This document shows positions 40,740 through 52,083 of a stretch of 64,000 bases of DNA, in pieces (positions within the stretch are counted from its first letter, which is position 1; every line of letters starts with the position of its first letter). A program made the translations under genes and the position numbers. Where the stretch lies: NCBI RefSeq assembly GCF_053078305.1, contig NZ_CP166879.1. The stretch is one strand, 5' to 3'. Under the pieces are notes generated by a model. The model made no database searches and was not told the origin of the DNA. It worked only from the letters and a program-made list of their open reading frames with translations.

Positions 40740-41084
40740 ATGTATTTACGACCAGACGAGGTGGCGCGCGTACTTGAAAAAGTCGGTTTTACTGTCGATG
40801 TGGTAACCCAGAAAGCGTATGGTTACCGCCGTGGGGAAAATTATGTCTATGTTAATCGCGAAGCGCGAATGGGACGTACCGCACTGGTAATTCATCCAAC
40901 ATTAAAAGAACGTAGTTCGACACTGGCTGAACCCGCTTCCGATATTAAAACTTGCGATCATTATCAACAATTTCCGCTCTATTTAGCAGGCGAGCGACAC
41001 GAGCATTACGGTATCCCGCATGGCTTTAGTTCGCGTGTTGCGCTTGAACGTTATTTGAATGGTTTATTTGGCGAAGCCAGTTAA
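40740..41084 (+). CDS. ygaC: DUF2002-family protein YgaC
   Basis: 114-aa ORF; divergent from ygaM. Confidence 0.85.
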
Positions 41085-41120
41085 AGACGCGACTGGCGAT
41101 GCCAGTCGCGAAAAGAAGAG

Positions 41121-41570
41121 TCAGGCTTTTACCTGCTGGTAATGGCTGACTTTAAACAGTCGGCGGCAATAATCGAGGAAGTAGCCATAAACCGCCCCCA
41201 TCAACATCGAAACAACGATGTTTGAACTGACTGCCGCCATAATCTGATGCCAGTCTGCGCCCACCACTAACAAGATCGCCACATACACCGGTGACTGGAA
41301 CGTCACATAAGCCAGGATATCCGCCAGATTTTTTATCCAGCCCGACGGGCTAACTTTGCGTGCCGCGCGCATAAACAGATCGCGGTACATACCGTATGGC
41401 CATGCAATTAAGATGTTCACCGGAATCGCTACCAATCTGGAATAAAAAGACTGTTCGAAGCTCATTCCGGAGAGGAAAACTTCAATACACATGTTCACGA
41501 CAGAACAGTAAACAACCATCGCGAACGTATCTGCAACTGCATGACGCAAGCGTGACTGCGGTGAGAACAT
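41121..41570 (-). CDS. alaE: L-alanine exporter AlaE (YgaW)
   Basis: 149-aa hydrophobic ORF; position between ygaC and stpA. Confidence 0.88.
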   Translation of the reverse strand: MFSPQSRLRHAVADTFAMVVYCSVVNMCIEVFLSGMSFEQSFYSRLVAIPVNILIAWPYGMYRDLFMRAARKVSPSGWIKNLADILAYVTFQSPVYVAILLVVGADWHQIMAAVSSNIVVSMLMGAVYGYFLDYCRRLFKVSHYQQVKA

Positions 41571-42237
41571 GCTAATGCTCCTTAATAAAAGCGTAATGGG
41601 ATGTTAATGGAGATGAAAGCAGTGGATCTCATTGCCATCTGCATTTTCGCATAGCGTATATCGCTGACTATGACTAATCAATTAGTGAAAAATTTTTATT
41701 TAGTCAGTTTTTGTAGATAAAATATTCCGTAACGGCTCGTTTTTTGTACATTGTGGATTTTTACATGCCGATATGATTTATTTTCAATTAAATCAATTAG
41801 ATATGACCTTTCCTTTAATTTCACTAATGAAAGTTTGGGGGTGAGGTAACGCTATAAGCGTAGAGAATTCGGTGTATGTCGTGACCGGGTCATTTACAGC
41901 ATTTTTTATGCCAGAAAATGTACATTAACAGCAGAAAGCACCAGTGAGTGGTGTTTTCTTTTATTCTGTTATATTGCATTTTTATTCACTTCGGTTTTGT
42001 CAGGCTTGCGGAATTAGCGAGCAGAGAGCGCCACTCTGTTCACCAATAACCTAAATTACTCATCAAAATGGCTAATATATAATCTTGAAATTATTCTGAG
42101 AGTTTCAGAAAATAACAGCTGAAATAATCTCGCGCAGGACTGTAAATAGATTAAATTTTGTGGAAATATAATAAGTGATCGCTTACACTACGCGACGAAA
42201 TACTTTTTTGTTTTGGCGTTAAAAGGTTTTCTTTATT

Positions 42238-42642
42238 ATGTCCGTAATGTTACAAAGTTTAAATAACATTCGCACCCTCCGTGCGATGGCTCGCGAATTC
42301 TCCATTGACGTTCTTGAAGAAATGCTCGAAAAATTCAGGGTTGTCACTAAAGAAAGACGTGAAGAAGAAGAACAGCAGCAGCGTGAACTGGCAGAGCGCC
42401 AGGAAAAAATTAGCACCTGGCTGGAGCTGATGAAAGCTGACGGAATTAACCCGGAAGAGTTATTGGGTAATAGCTCTGCTGCTGCACCACGCGCTGGTAA
42501 AAAACGCCAGCCGCGTCTGGCGAAATATAAATTCACCGATGTTAACGGTGAAACTAAAACCTGGACCGGTCAGGGCCGTACACCGAAGCCAATTGCTCAG
42601 GCGCTGGCAGAAGGTAAATCTCTCGACGATTTCCTGATCTAA
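42238..42642 (+). CDS. stpA: H-NS paralogue StpA (nucleoid-associated protein, RNA chaperone)
   Basis: 134-aa [50 protein letters not shown]; H-NS-type DNA-binding motif. Confidence 0.95.
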   Translation: MSVMLQSLNNIRTLRAMAREFSIDVLEEMLEKFRVVTKERREEEEQQQRELAERQEKISTWLELMKADGINPEELLGNSSAAAPRAGKKRQPRLAKYKFTDVNGETKTWTGQGRTPKPIAQALAEGKSLDDFLI

Positions 42643-42688
42643 TTACTGAGGCCGGATGTCGCTGCCAGGGCGCGTCCGGCGTCGCTTC

Positions 42689-43213
42689 TCAAGCTCGTTG
42701 GTTCCACGGCATCTTATCTAAAAACCTTGCCATTCCACAAAAACCGCTGATTCCTGCAAACAGTAACCCGGCACCAACAAAGCCACTTAATAAGAAGAAA
42801 CCGCTATTTACGGTATAACCCAGTATAACGCCGATTAATATTAAACCACCCGCAGCGATCTGCACCTGGCGCATTAACGGCAAGGGTTGAGATTTATTTA
42901 CCGCTACTGGCAATCCTGCTTTTTTCCAGCCATCAATCCCATCTTCGAGTAAAAAGATTTCTGCGGGGGCGGCAATCGCTGCTAATTTATCGGCGTTATT
43001 ACTGGTGCGTTTACCTGCCTGGCAGTGGAATATAATTTGCTCGCGACGTAATTTAGCCGGGAGACCTGACTGTTCCAGCACGGATAATGGAGCCAGATCT
43101 GCTTCAGGAATATGTTCACGAAGATATTCATCAGCGTCACGAATATCGATTAACTTTGCGCCGCGTGCGATTAATTCTTGTGCATCATGCGGCGAAATGG
43201 TTGTCAAAGCCAT
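42689..43213 (-). CDS. ygaP: Rhodanese-domain inner membrane thiosulfate sulfurtransferase YgaP
   Basis: 174-aa ORF; rhodanese active-site Cys (FHCQAGKR) and C-terminal TMS. Confidence 0.9.
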   Translation of the reverse strand: MALTTISPHDAQELIARGAKLIDIRDADEYLREHIPEADLAPLSVLEQSGLPAKLRREQIIFHCQAGKRTSNNADKLAAIAAPAEIFLLEDGIDGWKKAGLPVAVNKSQPLPLMRQVQIAAGGLILIGVILGYTVNSGFFLLSGFVGAGLLFAGISGFCGMARFLDKMPWNQRA

Positions 43214-43222
43214 AGTGACTCC

Positions 43223-43522
43223 TTACGGACAATAGACATTTTTCAGGCTGGCGATAATGGCATTTACCGCCTCATTTTTAATGGAATATAGAATGCGTTG
43301 GGCATCCCGTTGGCTGTTGATAAGCCCTTCGTCCCGCATACGAGCGAGATGCTGTGATGTCGCAGAGGCGCTCAGTCCGGTAATGCGCGTCAGCTCTCCC
43401 GCGCTGGTGCCGGGGGAACCGCTAAGCATGCACAGAATCAGCAACCGTTTAGGGTGGCTCATTGCTTTCAATAAGGCCGCTGCCTGTTCGGCACTGGCCT
43501 GTAATTGCGCGAGTTCAGTCAT
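43223..43522 (-). CDS. ygaV: ArsR/SmtB-family transcriptional regulator YgaV
   Basis: 99-aa ORF with ArsR-type HTH; operon with ygaP. Confidence 0.9.
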   Translation of the reverse strand: MTELAQLQASAEQAAALLKAMSHPKRLLILCMLSGSPGTSAGELTRITGLSASATSQHLARMRDEGLINSQRDAQRILYSIKNEAVNAIIASLKNVYCP

Positions 43523-43704
43523 ATTTATTTAAGTATTTTCTAAATTAAGTAAACTCTAAACTAAAAATGCAACATATACCAGCCTCAGCAGCGTAAATGA
43601 GAGTAAAAGCGTAAGCTGAAACTGGCAGGCTCCGCTAAAATTACTACGCTTAAGAGATAAAATCTCTTTTTAAACAATGAGTAATTTTCTTATAGGGAGT
43701 ACAT

Positions 43705-43863
43705 ATGGGTTTCTGGAGAATCGTCATCACCATCATTCTGCCGCCGCTCGGCGTGCTGCTCGGTAAAGGGTTCGGTTGGGCGTTCATTATTAATATTCTG
43801 TTGACACTGCTTGGGTATATCCCCGGTTTGATTCACGCGTTCTGGGTGCAAACCCGCGATTAA
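43705..43863 (+). CDS. yqaE: Small membrane protein YqaE (Pmp3/UPF0057 family), 52 aa
   Basis: Not in the ORF track (below its size cutoff); hand translation of atgggtttctgg..cgcgattaa gives MGFWRIVITIILPPLGVLLGKGFGWAFIINILLTLLGYIPGLIHAFWVQTRD. Confidence 0.85.
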   Translation: MGFWRIVITIILPPLGVLLGKGFGWAFIINILLTLLGYIPGLIHAFWVQTRD

Positions 43864-43946
43864 ACCTGTGCTCATCCCCGCGGCGTTAACGCGCCGCGTT
43901 CCTCTGCTACACTTTCTGAGTGTTTCCGTTAACGAATGAGGTAGCT

Positions 43947-44396
43947 ATGGGTCTGTTCAATTTTGTGAAAGATGCCGGAGAAAAACTCTGGGACGCGGTT
44001 ACAGGTCAGCACGATAAAGACGATCAGGCGAAGAAGGTGCAGGAGCATCTGAACAAAACCGGTATACCGGATGCCGATAAAGTGAACATTCAAATTGCCG
44101 ACGGCAAAGCGACGGTCACTGGTGACGGCCTGAGTCAGGAGGCGAAGGAGAAAATCCTTGTTGCGGTGGGGAATATTTCCGGTATTGCCAGTGTCGATGA
44201 TCAGGTGAAAACGGCGACACCAGCCACTGCCAGCCAGTTTTATACCGTTAAGTCTGGCGACACTCTGAGTGCCATTTCCAAACAGGTCTACGGTAACGCT
44301 AATCTGTACAATAAAATCTTCGAAGCGAATAAACCGATGCTAAAAAGCCCGGATAAAATTTATCCGGGGCAAGTGTTGCGTATTCCGGAAGAGTAG
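43947..44396 (+). CDS. kbp: Potassium-binding protein Kbp (YgaU; BON plus LysM domains)
   Basis: ORF 43920..44396; from [18 protein letters not shown].. with C-terminal LysM ([14 protein letters not shown]); start placed at the internal Met. Confidence 0.9.
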
Positions 44397-45059
44397 TTAA
44401 TTGCCAGCCATCGCCTGCTGGATAATGGGAATTGGCGTCAGTAAATGCTGGCGCATTAACTCACTGGCGCGCGCGGTATCTCGCGCCAGTACCGCCGCAG
44501 TCAGGGTCTGGTGCTGATCGTGTTTATCCTCCAGCATTTCCACCGAAAGCACTGTTTGTCGCAGCCAGATAAATCGATAGCGCGCCGCCAGATCAAACAA
44601 CCGTTCACGCATTTGCAGCAAATAGTGAGAACCACAGCCTGCCACAATTGCCGTATGAAACGCCTGATGACGCAGATCCCACTCATCAAGCATTTTCTCG
44701 CTGGCGTCACGGGCCTCAAGCTTACTCAACAGATGCGCTTTTGCGAGAACGTCTGCCTCCCACTCATCGCCACCGCGGGCAATCGCCAGACTCACTAACA
44801 TCGCTTCCATATTGGCGCGGGCATCGAAAATATCGAGCAACTCCTGCTCTGACATAGACGCCACCCGATACCCTTTTTGATTCACCACCGTGACCAGCCG
44901 TTCCGCCACCAGTTGCGAAAGAGCTTCCCGTAACGGCCCAACGCCAAGTGCATAACGCGATGTCAGCAAACTCATTCGTAATTTTTCATCCGGTTGAAAA
45001 TTACCGCGAATAATATCGTTCTTCAGCCAGCGATAGCCATCCAGAGACGTAATGGTCAT
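44397..45059 (-). CDS. csiR: GntR/FadR-family repressor CsiR
   Basis: ORF 44397..45077; from MTITSLDGYRWLKNDIIRGNF..; last gene of the csiD-lhgO-gabDTP-csiR cluster. Confidence 0.9.
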   Translation of the reverse strand: MTITSLDGYRWLKNDIIRGNFQPDEKLRMSLLTSRYALGVGPLREALSQLVAERLVTVVNQKGYRVASMSEQELLDIFDARANMEAMLVSLAIARGGDEWEADVLAKAHLLSKLEARDASEKMLDEWDLRHQAFHTAIVAGCGSHYLLQMRERLFDLAARYRFIWLRQTVLSVEMLEDKHDQHQTLTAAVLARDTARASELMRQHLLTPIPIIQQAMAGN

Positions 45060-45079
45060 GGTGTGACTCCTGATCATTA

Positions 45080-46480
45080 TCAGCGCGTATTATGAACGGG
45101 TGTTTTTTGCCACAATACCAGCTTTTTCCAGCGAGCCATAATTGGCACGGTACAGATAATCCCTATCGCTAATAAGCCGGTAGAGATCACTTCTAACTGT
45201 TGCGCCGGGCGGAATAACATCACCACCAACACAAAGGTAATAAAGCCGATTACCAGCCAGGTGAGCCACGGGTAAAGCCACATGCGCAAGCGAATTTCGC
45301 TTCCTTCTGCTCGCAGAATTTTACGCATCCGCAACTGTGAAACGGCGATGACTAAATAAACCAGCAGGGCGATAGCACCGGAGCTGTCTATCAGGAATTT
45401 AAACACTTTCGCAGGTGCGTAATAGTTCACCACCACCGTTAAAAATGCCGCGCCGGTGGAGAGTAACACCGCCACGTACGGGGTTTTACTGCGGTTGATT
45501 TTACCCATTACCGCGGGCGCATCACCGCGACGGCTTAAGGAGTAGAGCATCCTGGAAGCGGTATACAGCGCCGAGTTCAGGCAACTGGTTACGGAAAGTA
45601 ATATCACGCAGTCCATGATTAATTTCGCATGGGGAATATTGAGCAATTCCAGAACCGAGCGATAAGAACCAACGGCTTTCAGCCCCGGCATATTCCACGG
45701 TATTAATGCCACGACGACAAAAATAGAGCATAAATAGAAGATAGAAATACGCCAGATAACCGAGTTGGTGGCGCGGACAATATGTTTTTCCGGCGTGTCG
45801 GATTCCGCGGCGGCAATGGTGACAATTTCTGCGCCCATAAACGAGAACATGGTGATCAACATCGCGCTTAATACCGCGCCGAAGCCGTTGGGCATAAAGC
45901 CGCCGCTATCCCACAATCTTGAAATCCCGCTCACGTCGGCATACGGGTAAAAACCGCTAATTGCGACTGCACCAAGGAAAATAAAGGCCAGGATAGCGAT
46001 GACTTTGCACAGCGCCAGCCAGAACTCAAATTCGCCGTAGTTTTTAACGCTTAATAAATTACTACCAGTTAAGGCAAGGGTAATGACGAGGGAAAATAAC
46101 CAGATGGGAATGCCTGGAACCCACGAGTGCAGGATCATGGCGGCGATGTTGGCTTCCAGTGGGATAACCAGTACCCAAAACCACCAGTACAACCAGCCGA
46201 TGGTATAGCCCGCCCAGCGGCCAATGGCTTTATCGGCATAGGTGGAAAACGAACCGGTATCGGGCGTGGCAACCGCCATTTCCGCCAACATCCGCATAAT
46301 CATAACCACCAGTAGCCCGGCGAACAGATAGGCCAGTAATACCGCCGGGCCCGCTTCGGCAATAGCGACGCTTGAACCGACAAACAGACTTGCGCCGATA
46401 ACACCGGCAATAGACAACATGGTGACGTGGCGTGATTTCAGCCCGCCGCCTAACTCATGTGGTTGCGATGATTGCCCCAT
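45080..46480 (-). CDS. gabP: GABA permease GabP (APC family)
   Basis: ORF 45080..46543; from MGQSSQPHELGGGLKSRHVTMLSIAGVIG..; start placed at the internal Met. Confidence 0.93.
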   Translation of the reverse strand: MGQSSQPHELGGGLKSRHVTMLSIAGVIGASLFVGSSVAIAEAGPAVLLAYLFAGLLVVMIMRMLAEMAVATPDTGSFSTYADKAIGRWAGYTIGWLYWWFWVLVIPLEANIAAMILHSWVPGIPIWLFSLVITLALTGSNLLSVKNYGEFEFWLALCKVIAILAFIFLGAVAISGFYPYADVSGISRLWDSGGFMPNGFGAVLSAMLITMFSFMGAEIVTIAAAESDTPEKHIVRATNSVIWRISIFYLCSIFVVVALIPWNMPGLKAVGSYRSVLELLNIPHAKLIMDCVILLSVTSCLNSALYTASRMLYSLSRRGDAPAVMGKINRSKTPYVAVLLSTGAAFLTVVVNYYAPAKVFKFLIDSSGAIALLVYLVIAVSQLRMRKILRAEGSEIRLRMWLYPWLTWLVIGFITFVLVVMLFRPAQQLEVISTGLLAIGIICTVPIMARWKKLVLWQKTPVHNTR

Positions 46481-46630
46481 CCTGAATCCTCTCGAAAGTG
46501 TGTCACTTGGGAGAGCGCCCCGACATTTCCCGCGTCGGGTCACGCGTTTAATTGTTATTGATTCTTTTTGCCGGAGAGCGGCTCCGCCTTACCCGGCCAA
46601 CATAGATTTCTTCCTGTTCACGTACAGATT

Positions 46631-46710
46631 GTCGGATGCGGCGTAAACGCCTTATCCGACCTACATTTCCGTAGGCCGGACAAGACGCGCAGCGTCGCCT
46701 CCGGCATGGG
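46631..46710. repeat. REP (palindromic unit) elements between gabP and gabT
   Basis: ggatgcggcgtaaacgccttatccgacctac..gtaggccggacaagacgcgcagcgtcgcctccggc. Confidence 0.85.
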
Positions 46711-46717
46711 GGCGGTG

Positions 46718-47998
46718 CTACTGCTTCGCCTCAGCAAAACACTGGCCGATGATCTCCAGACCTTGACGAATCTGAGCGTCTTCAATAGTGAGCGGTACCA
46801 GGATGCGCAGCACGTTGTAATACGGGCCGCAGGAGAGAAGAATCAGGCCCTTATCGCGGGCGCGAGCCACGATCTCGGCGGTGAGTTTGGCGTCCGGTTT
46901 GCTGTGATCGCCATCTTCAAACAGCTCGATGGCGATCATCGCCCCCAGACCGCGTACGTCGCCGATCTCCGGGTGTTTTTCGGCGATCGCCAGCAATCCG
47001 TCTTTCAGCTTCTGCCCCAGATCGTTGGCTTTCTGCAGCAGATTTTCCTGCTCGAACACCTTCAACACTTCCAGCGCCGCCACGCAGGCAATCGGATTAC
47101 CGGCATAGGTGCCGCCCAGCCCGCCTGGAGCGACGGCATCCATCACTTCGGCGCGCCCGGTGACGCCCGCCAGCGGGAAGCCGCCTGCGATCGATTTCGC
47201 AAAGGTGGTGAGATCTGGTGCCACGCCCATTTGCTCCATCGCAAACAGCGTGCCGGTACGCCCCGCGCCGCTCTGCACTTCATCGGCAATCAGCATGATC
47301 CCGTGCTCGTCACACAGCGCGCGTAAACGCTGCATAAAAGCAGGCGTCGCGGCGTAGAAACCGCCTTCGCCCTGAACCGGCTCAATCACGATGGCGGCGA
47401 TATCTTCCGGCGCGGCGTCATTTTTGAAGATCCGGTGGATGCTGGCGATAGCGTCATCCTCACTGATGCCGTGCAGCGGGCAAGGATAAAGCGCGCGATA
47501 AACGTGCCCTGGCATCAGGCCCATGCCCGCAGAGTACGGATTCACCTTGCCGGTCAGCGCCAGCGTGTAATGCGTGCGCCCGTGATACGCGCCGCTAAAA
47601 GCGATGGTGCCGCTACGTTTGGTGGCTGCGCGGGCGATCTTTACCGCGTTTTCCACCGCTTCGGAACCGGTCGTAACCAGCAGCGTTTTCTTGGCAAAAT
47701 CGCCCGGCACCTTCTGATTCATAATTTCGCACAGCTCCAGATACGGCTCGTAAGCCAGCACCTGGAAGCAGGTGTGCGACAGTTTTTTCAACTGCGCTTC
47801 CACCGCCGCAACCACTTTCGGATGCAGGTGCCCGGTATTGAGCACCGCAATGCCGCCCGCGAAATCAAGATACTCACGGCCTTCAACGTCCCACACCCGG
47901 CAGTTTTCTGCGCGATCAGCGAAAATGGGGTGAATTTGCCCAACGCCACGAGGAACTGCCTGACTACGGCGCTGCATTAACTCTTTATTGCTGCTCAT
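46718..47998 (-). CDS. gabT: 4-aminobutyrate aminotransferase GabT
   Basis: 426-aa ORF; class III aminotransferase. Confidence 0.95.
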   Translation of the reverse strand: MSSNKELMQRRSQAVPRGVGQIHPIFADRAENCRVWDVEGREYLDFAGGIAVLNTGHLHPKVVAAVEAQLKKLSHTCFQVLAYEPYLELCEIMNQKVPGDFAKKTLLVTTGSEAVENAVKIARAATKRSGTIAFSGAYHGRTHYTLALTGKVNPYSAGMGLMPGHVYRALYPCPLHGISEDDAIASIHRIFKNDAAPEDIAAIVIEPVQGEGGFYAATPAFMQRLRALCDEHGIMLIADEVQSGAGRTGTLFAMEQMGVAPDLTTFAKSIAGGFPLAGVTGRAEVMDAVAPGGLGGTYAGNPIACVAALEVLKVFEQENLLQKANDLGQKLKDGLLAIAEKHPEIGDVRGLGAMIAIELFEDGDHSKPDAKLTAEIVARARDKGLILLSCGPYYNVLRILVPLTIEDAQIRQGLEIIGQCFAEAKQ

Positions 47999-48011
47999 TC
48001 GCGTTCTCCAG

Positions 48012-49460
48012 TTAAAGACCGATGCACATATATTTGATTTCTAAGTAATCTTCGATGCCATACTTCGAACCTTCACGACCCAGACCCGAGGCTTTGATGC
48101 CGCCGAACGGGGCCACTTCATTGGAAATAATCCCGGTATTGATGCCGACGATGCCGTACTCCAGCGCCTCGCCCACGCGGAAGACGCGGCTTAAATCACG
48201 AGCGTAGAAGTAGGCGGCAAGGCCAAACTCGGTGTCATTGGCCTGCGCAATCACATCGGCTTCATCTTTAAAGCGGAATAGCGGGGCGAGAGGGCCGAAG
48301 GTCTCTTCTTTAGACACTTTGGCGTTAGCCGGAACGTCCACCAGAATGGTCGGCTGGAAGAAGTTGCCGCCGCGTTCATGTGCTTTACCGCCGCAAACCA
48401 CGCGCGCGCCTTTCTCCAGCGCATCGGCGATATGCTCTTCCACTTTTGCTACCGCTTTTTCATCAATCAGCGGCCCGATGGTGACGCCTTTATCCAGCCC
48501 GTCGCCGATGTGCAGTTTGCTCACCGCCTGCTGCAATTTTTCGGCAAAGCGGTCATACACGCCGTCCTGCACATATAAACGGTTGGCGCAGACGCAGGTT
48601 TGCCCGGCGTTGCGGAATTTCGAAGCCAGTGCGCCTTCCACGGCTTTATCGAGATCGGCATCGTCAAAGACGATAAACGGCGCGTTGCCGCCCAGTTCCA
48701 GCGACACTTTTTTGATGTCTTTCGCGCACTGTTCCATTAACTGGCGGCCAATTTCGGTCGAACCGGTAAACGACAGTTTGCGTACCAGCGGGTTGCTGGT
48801 CAGTTCATTACCCACCGCGCCCGCCGAACCGGTGACCACGTTAAACACGCCAGCCGGAATGCCCGCGCGGATCGCCAGCTCTGCCAGCGCCAGCGCAGAG
48901 AACGGCGTCTGACTGGCGGGCTTCAGCACCATCGTGCAGCCAGCCGCCAGCGCCGGGCCGGCTTTACGGGTAATCATCGCCGCCGGGAAGTTCCACGGCG
49001 TGATAGCCGCGGTGACGCCAATCGGCTGCTTGATAACAATCAGGCGTTTATCGGCCTGGTGACCGGGAATGGTGTCGCCATAAATGCGTTTGCCTTCTTC
49101 GGCAAACCACTCAATAAAGGAGGCGGCGTAGCTGATTTCACCTTTCGCTTCAGCCAGTGGTTTGCCCTGTTCGAGGGTCATCAGGCGCGCTAAATCGTCC
49201 TGATGCTCCATCATCAAATTGAACCAGTTGCGCAGAATGTTGGCGCGTTCTTTGGCGGTGAGCGCACGCCAGGCGGGCAGGGCGCGGTTGGCGGCGTCGA
49301 TAGCGGCGCGAGTTTCATCAGCGCCCATTTTCGGCACGCTACCCAGCTTGTCGCCGTTCGCCGGATTGGTGACGTCGATGACTTCACCATTGTTGGCGTC
49401 CAGCCATTCCCCGTTAATCAACGCCTGCTGGCGGAATAAGTTACTGTCGTTCAGTTTCAT
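48012..49460 (-). CDS. gabD: Succinate-semialdehyde dehydrogenase (NADP+) GabD
   Basis: 482-aa ORF; aldehyde dehydrogenase family with catalytic Cys region. Confidence 0.95.
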   Translation of the reverse strand: MKLNDSNLFRQQALINGEWLDANNGEVIDVTNPANGDKLGSVPKMGADETRAAIDAANRALPAWRALTAKERANILRNWFNLMMEHQDDLARLMTLEQGKPLAEAKGEISYAASFIEWFAEEGKRIYGDTIPGHQADKRLIVIKQPIGVTAAITPWNFPAAMITRKAGPALAAGCTMVLKPASQTPFSALALAELAIRAGIPAGVFNVVTGSAGAVGNELTSNPLVRKLSFTGSTEIGRQLMEQCAKDIKKVSLELGGNAPFIVFDDADLDKAVEGALASKFRNAGQTCVCANRLYVQDGVYDRFAEKLQQAVSKLHIGDGLDKGVTIGPLIDEKAVAKVEEHIADALEKGARVVCGGKAHERGGNFFQPTILVDVPANAKVSKEETFGPLAPLFRFKDEADVIAQANDTEFGLAAYFYARDLSRVFRVGEALEYGIVGINTGIISNEVAPFGGIKASGLGREGSKYGIEDYLEIKYMCIGL

Positions 49461-49482
49461 CGCTACATCCTGTTTTCAAAGG

Positions 49483-50751
49483 TTATTGATTAAATGCGGC
49501 GTGTAAGGCATCCACACTACGTGCCGCTCGCAGCGTGCGTCCGGGGTTACTCTGGCTTGCCAACAGCGTTTGTACCTTGCTGACAATATGCGCACCAATA
49601 GGAATTGCTGATGTCGCTGCCGGGGAGGGCGCATTGCAGGTGTGGATCGTGCGCGGGGTGGTGACAAACAGAAAATCGTCAATCAGCTTGCCGTCCGGCG
49701 ATACCGCCTGCGCCCGCACACCGGCGGGCCAGGGCTGGAGATCGCTTAACGAAAGCCGGGGACAATACTTTTGCACCAGCCGCAGATAGCCGCTTTTACA
49801 CAGCGAGTTTTTCATCTCGCCCAGTCCTGAGCGTAGATGGTTTTGCAGCACCCGGCGAATCCCCGACGAGCCTAAAATCTCCAGCGTGTCGCTAAATGAG
49901 AAGTCGCGCTTGCGATAGCCTTCGCGTTTGAACGCCAGCACTGCGTTTGGCCCTACGGTGACGCTACCGTCGATCATGCGGGTGAGATGAACGCCCAAAA
50001 ACGGCATTGCCGGATCGGGAATGGGGTAAATCAGATGGTTAACAATCTGGTTATGCTCCGGCGCCAGGCGGAAATACTCGCCGCGGAACGGGCAGATAAT
50101 AAAGCCCGGTTCGAGGCCGAGCATTTTCACCAGCCGGTCAGCCATCAGCCCGGAACAGCTAATCAGCGTCGATGCTTCATAGTCGCCGCCCTGACGGGTA
50201 CGTATCACCACGCCGCTTTTATGCTCACTAAGGCCGCTGACTTCGGCGTTATAGATAATCTCGCCGCCTCTGGCCTGGAAAATTTTTGCCATCGCCGCCG
50301 TGACTTCGCGGTAGCTGACAATGCCGCTGGACGGCACAAAAATACCGCCAAGCCCGGTGATATTCGGTTCGCGCTCGCGCAGTTCATCGGCGTTTAAGCA
50401 CTCGCGCTCGATACCGTTCGCGGCCGTGCGTTCCCATAAGGCGCGCATCCGTTCCATTTCGAGTTCAGACGTGGCGACCAGCATCTTGCCGCAGTTGTCG
50501 TAGCGAATGCCGTTTTGATCGCAAAAGGCTTTGGTGGCGCGGTTTCCCGCCAGGCAAAACTGCGCCTTCAGACTGCCGGGCGTGTAATAAACCCCGGCAT
50601 GGATCACGCCGCTGTTGTGGCCCGTCTGGTGACAGGCCGGGCCAGACTCTTTCTCCAGCAACGCAATGCGGGCGTCCGGGTAGACATCAATCAGTTGCAT
50701 GGCGGTCGACATGCCGATGATGCCACCGCCAATAATCACAAAATCATACAT
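49483..50751 (-). CDS. lhgO: L-2-hydroxyglutarate oxidase/dehydrogenase LhgO (YgaF)
   Basis: 422-aa ORF; N-terminal FAD motif MYDFVIIGGGIIG. Confidence 0.93.
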   Translation of the reverse strand: MYDFVIIGGGIIGMSTAMQLIDVYPDARIALLEKESGPACHQTGHNSGVIHAGVYYTPGSLKAQFCLAGNRATKAFCDQNGIRYDNCGKMLVATSELEMERMRALWERTAANGIERECLNADELREREPNITGLGGIFVPSSGIVSYREVTAAMAKIFQARGGEIIYNAEVSGLSEHKSGVVIRTRQGGDYEASTLISCSGLMADRLVKMLGLEPGFIICPFRGEYFRLAPEHNQIVNHLIYPIPDPAMPFLGVHLTRMIDGSVTVGPNAVLAFKREGYRKRDFSFSDTLEILGSSGIRRVLQNHLRSGLGEMKNSLCKSGYLRLVQKYCPRLSLSDLQPWPAGVRAQAVSPDGKLIDDFLFVTTPRTIHTCNAPSPAATSAIPIGAHIVSKVQTLLASQSNPGRTLRAARSVDALHAAFNQ

Positions 50752-50769
50752 CCGCTCAATTCCTTTGCG

Positions 50770-51861
<1,092 letters not shown>

Positions 51862-52083
51862 TTATTGTGATCAAAAACAACAAATTAGTAACATTTAACG
51901 TAGGGTATTAAGGCAAAGTGAGACAGGAAATGAATAACTAAAGCAACAGGTTAGGGGGGAATTACCATCAGAGAACAGATTATCTGGTCGATAAAAAACA
52001 GTAAATGGCTTCAATGCAAAATGACCGTTAGTAAACTAAACATATTATCTGCCCCGTTTTAGCGGGGCAGATATAACATTAAA

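Noticed and set aside
46568-47326. 252-aa plus-strand ORF antisense to gabT
   Set aside because: Antisense to a well-conserved aminotransferase, with no domain features.
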